A DNA stretch of 64,000 nt from Stylophora pistillata (Eukaryota): the NCBI RefSeq assembly GCF_002571385.2, contig NW_019217852.1:262416-326415 (forward strand), written 5' to 3'. The notes below the pieces were generated by a model that was given only the letters and a program-made list of their open reading frames with translations, did not search any database and was not told where the DNA came from. Shown here piece by piece: positions 61,142-64,000 of this stretch (the stretch's first letter is position 1; every line of letters starts with the position of its first letter). Made by a program: the position numbers and the translations under genes.

Positions 61142-63897
61142 CATACTCTTCTTCTGTTTAAGTATTAATTAACCCTAAATTTACACCATCATATCTGTAT
61201 GCATATTTCTCTATTAAATATTTTCTTTGGTACTGAGAAGGAGAATACACATTCAAATTTCTTAGTTTGGCCATCATTTCCTTTATTCTCGTGGTCTTTA
61301 TAATGAATCAGAATGATTCAACAGTATTACTATAAAGAAAAAATTAGATACTGATCACTCGTGGGATTTAAAGAAAGTAAAAATAAAACTTGCCACAAAG
61401 CACCTGTGTGTCCACTTTGACTGTGTGGTCAGATAATCATATTAGTATACCAGGGCCCAGTTGTTTGAAGGCCAATTAGTGCTAACCCAAGGATGAATTT
61501 TAATGTGGGTTTCTTTATTTCATGTTCAAAAGCCTATTTGGGATAATTTTACCCTATTCTTTTTGGAGCATCCAATTATCAACTTGTAGACAAAAAGAAT
61601 ACTACTGAAGTTTCTTTTAAAGCTTTCAGATCTTAAATCAGTTTCCACACTAACCCTGGGTTAACTTGACCCTGCTAATTGAACAACCATACCAGTACAT
61701 TAAGTTTGAAAAAAGTTAATCAGCAACTTTGGTGTTTCTTTAAAGGAGAGTCTCACCATTGAATATTCAAACTTTGCTGCAGCTTTAATATTTTTCTTTG
61801 TTTCCAGCCAGAAGTTTTTTCATTTGTGAAAGTTAAGCTCACCCAGATTGTACAATGGATTTAAGTCAAAGTTACAAATAAGTAACAGCAAAGAAAGAAG
61901 AAAACTCAGAGTAGGGCTTACTGGTCAAGTGGCTTTTATAATTGTAAAATTGGTTTGAGAGAAGGCATAGGGGAATGCCCTCTAAATCCCGCAAGAGCAG
62001 AAAGTAATTTTTTTTCTTTGCAGAATATGTTGACAGAAATATCCCAAACTTTATTTCAAGCATAAAAGATTGCACTTGATGTAAAATAATGGTTGTGAGG
62101 ATGTAAAAATAATGTTTTTTCGAGGCACTATTAAGGAATGGTCGTGATCAGGTTTCATGCAGGAATTAGAAAAAAAAATTTCATTTCACAAATCACAAAT
62201 TTAGAAGGGGAAAACTATAAATCTAGATTTACCANGGAGAACTGCATCTAAGACCTTGTTAAATAGTATTCTTGTCTCACAAAAACGCGTACTCCGTCTT
62301 ATCCACTTTGCCCCAGTAAGGGAGCATGCAATACCCTTTTTTTTAAAAGCAAAACTTCTTCCACTAGAATTCCGATATTATGAAAAAATTGCTAATCTAA
62401 TGAATGACATTAATACTACTTCTGCACCAAGTAATATTTCGAATTTGTTTCTAAAATTTCCAGCGTTCACTCTTACGGCACACATTCATCAACTTTTGAG
62501 CATTTTTATACTAAAAAATCTGCGCTTAATGTTCAAAGTAAGGCTTTTTCACGTATTGGCATTAAAATCTGGAATGGGATATCAACTAGTCTTAAAAACT
62601 TATCCAAGAACTCTTTTAAAAAATCCATTAGAACAAAATTGAAGTTCTAGAAACTGAAAACTCCTATGTTGAAATAGATACTCTAATTAATAAGATGAAA
62701 GTTAACTTCTAACTGTAATTATGTTTAGTCTGTAGTCGACTCCTAGAAAGGTCAAATAGATACTTAAATTAATACTTGATGAAAGGTTAATTTCTAACTG
62801 TAATTTGTTTAGTCGCTAGTCTCTTTCTAAGTCTGTAGTTTTCCTTTTTCTGCTCTCATGTTGTAATTGTATGTGAATATTATTATGTAAAATTGAGTAA
62901 AATTACTTTTCAATTGTCTGGCTTGCTGCAACTAGCTCTTCGCTATTTGCAAGCCAGCATAGTAATAACCACCTGATATTTACTTGGAAATAAAAACTTG
63001 GAACTTGGAACATACTCTTATTCTGTTTAAGTATATATCTGTATCCGTCATATCTGTAGGCATATTCTTGTATTAAATATTTTCTTTGGTACTGAGAAGG
63101 AGAATACACATTCAAATTTCTTAGTTTGGCCATCATTTCCTTTATTCTCGTGGTCTTTATAATGAATCAGAATGATTCAACCGTAGTACTATAAGGAAAA
63201 ATTAGATACTGATAACTCTTGGGATTTAAAGAAGTAAAAATAAAACTTGCCACAAAGCACCTTGGTGTCCACTTTGACTGTGTGGTCAGATAATCATATT
63301 AGTATACCAGAGCCCAGTTGTTTGAAGGCCAATTAGTGCTAAACCAAGGATGAATTTTAATGTGGGTTTCTTTATTTTATGTTCAAAAGCCTATTTGGGA
63401 TTATTTTTCCCTATTCTTTTGCAGCATCCAATTATCAACTTGTAGACAAAAAGAATTCTACTGAAGTTTCTTTTAAAGTTTTCAGATCTTAAATCAGTTT
63501 CCACACTAACCCTGGGTTAACTTGACCCTGCTAATTGAACCATACCAGTACATTAAGTTTGAAAAAAGTTAATCAGCAACTTTGGTGTTTCTTTAAAGGA
63601 GAGTCTCACCAATGAATATTCAAACTTTGCTGCAGGTTTAATATTTTTCTTTGTTTCAAGCCAGAAGTTTTTTCAATTGTAAAGTTAAGCTAACCCAGAT
63701 TGTATAATGGATTTAAGTCAAAGTTACAAATAAGTAACAGCAAAGAAAGAAGAAAACTCAGAGTAGGGCTTACTGGTCAAGTGGCTTTTATAATTGTAAA
63801 ATTGGTTTGAGAGAAGGCATAGGGGAATGCCCTCTAAATCCCGCAAGAGCAGAAAGTAATTTTTTTTCTTTGCAGAATATGTTGACAGAAATATCCC
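61142..63897 (+). repeat. ~0.9 kb direct duplication (61142-62046 and 63011-63897) of the sequence downstream of STING-B, spanning a gap at N62235
   Basis: Near-identical text in both copies. The same ORF tail IFLSTYSAKKKNYFLLLRDLEGIPL appears twice in the ORF track. Confidence 0.9.
62236..62990 (+). mobile_element. 3' fragment of a CR1/L2-group LINE (RT C-terminal region, frameshifted)
   Basis: ILVSQKRVLRLIHFAPVREHAIPFF...KIANLMNDI...SAPSNISNLF, then in another frame FSRIGIKIWNGI...SFKK. Confidence 0.75.
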
Positions 63898-64000
63898 TAT
63901 CCCCACCCAGAAGATTTTGTTTGAAATATCCTTCCCCCTTGATTCCCCCATCCCTTGAAAGAGGTTTCATTCCTAGTGACCCTCAAAGGATGAGCAGGGA

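Overview
AT-rich, intron-containing animal genomic DNA, most consistent with an anthozoan cnidarian (stony coral, probably a pocilloporid; inferred from the STING sequences and repeat types). Eight spliced genes were rebuilt by hand from GT-AG junctions and phase matching: the 3' end of PDZD7 (+), ornithine aminotransferase (-, one conserved exon absent, probably in the gap at N12014), sideroflexin SFXN1/3 (-), a divergent NPF/bMERB (MICAL-like/EHBP1-like) gene (+), HPDL (+), a SIMC1-like SUMO-binding SMC5/6 loader (-), and two tandem STING paralogs (+). The main candidate system is an antiviral module. Both STING copies keep the same ordered promoter cassette (IRF/ISRE - COE-like - CCAAT - NF-kB). 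Removing a 3.9 kb foldback transposon would place STING-A head-to-head with SIMC1, about 0.84 kb ATG to ATG. Other notable items are a Pack-MULE-like element carrying a captured fascin-like beta-trefoil fragment in an SFXN intron, Penelope-type hairpin elements with minimal hammerhead ribozyme motifs, a palindromic tRNA-derived SINE inserted into a splice acceptor, and gene content matching the human 5q/10q paralogon. All family assignments come from motif recognition without database searches.
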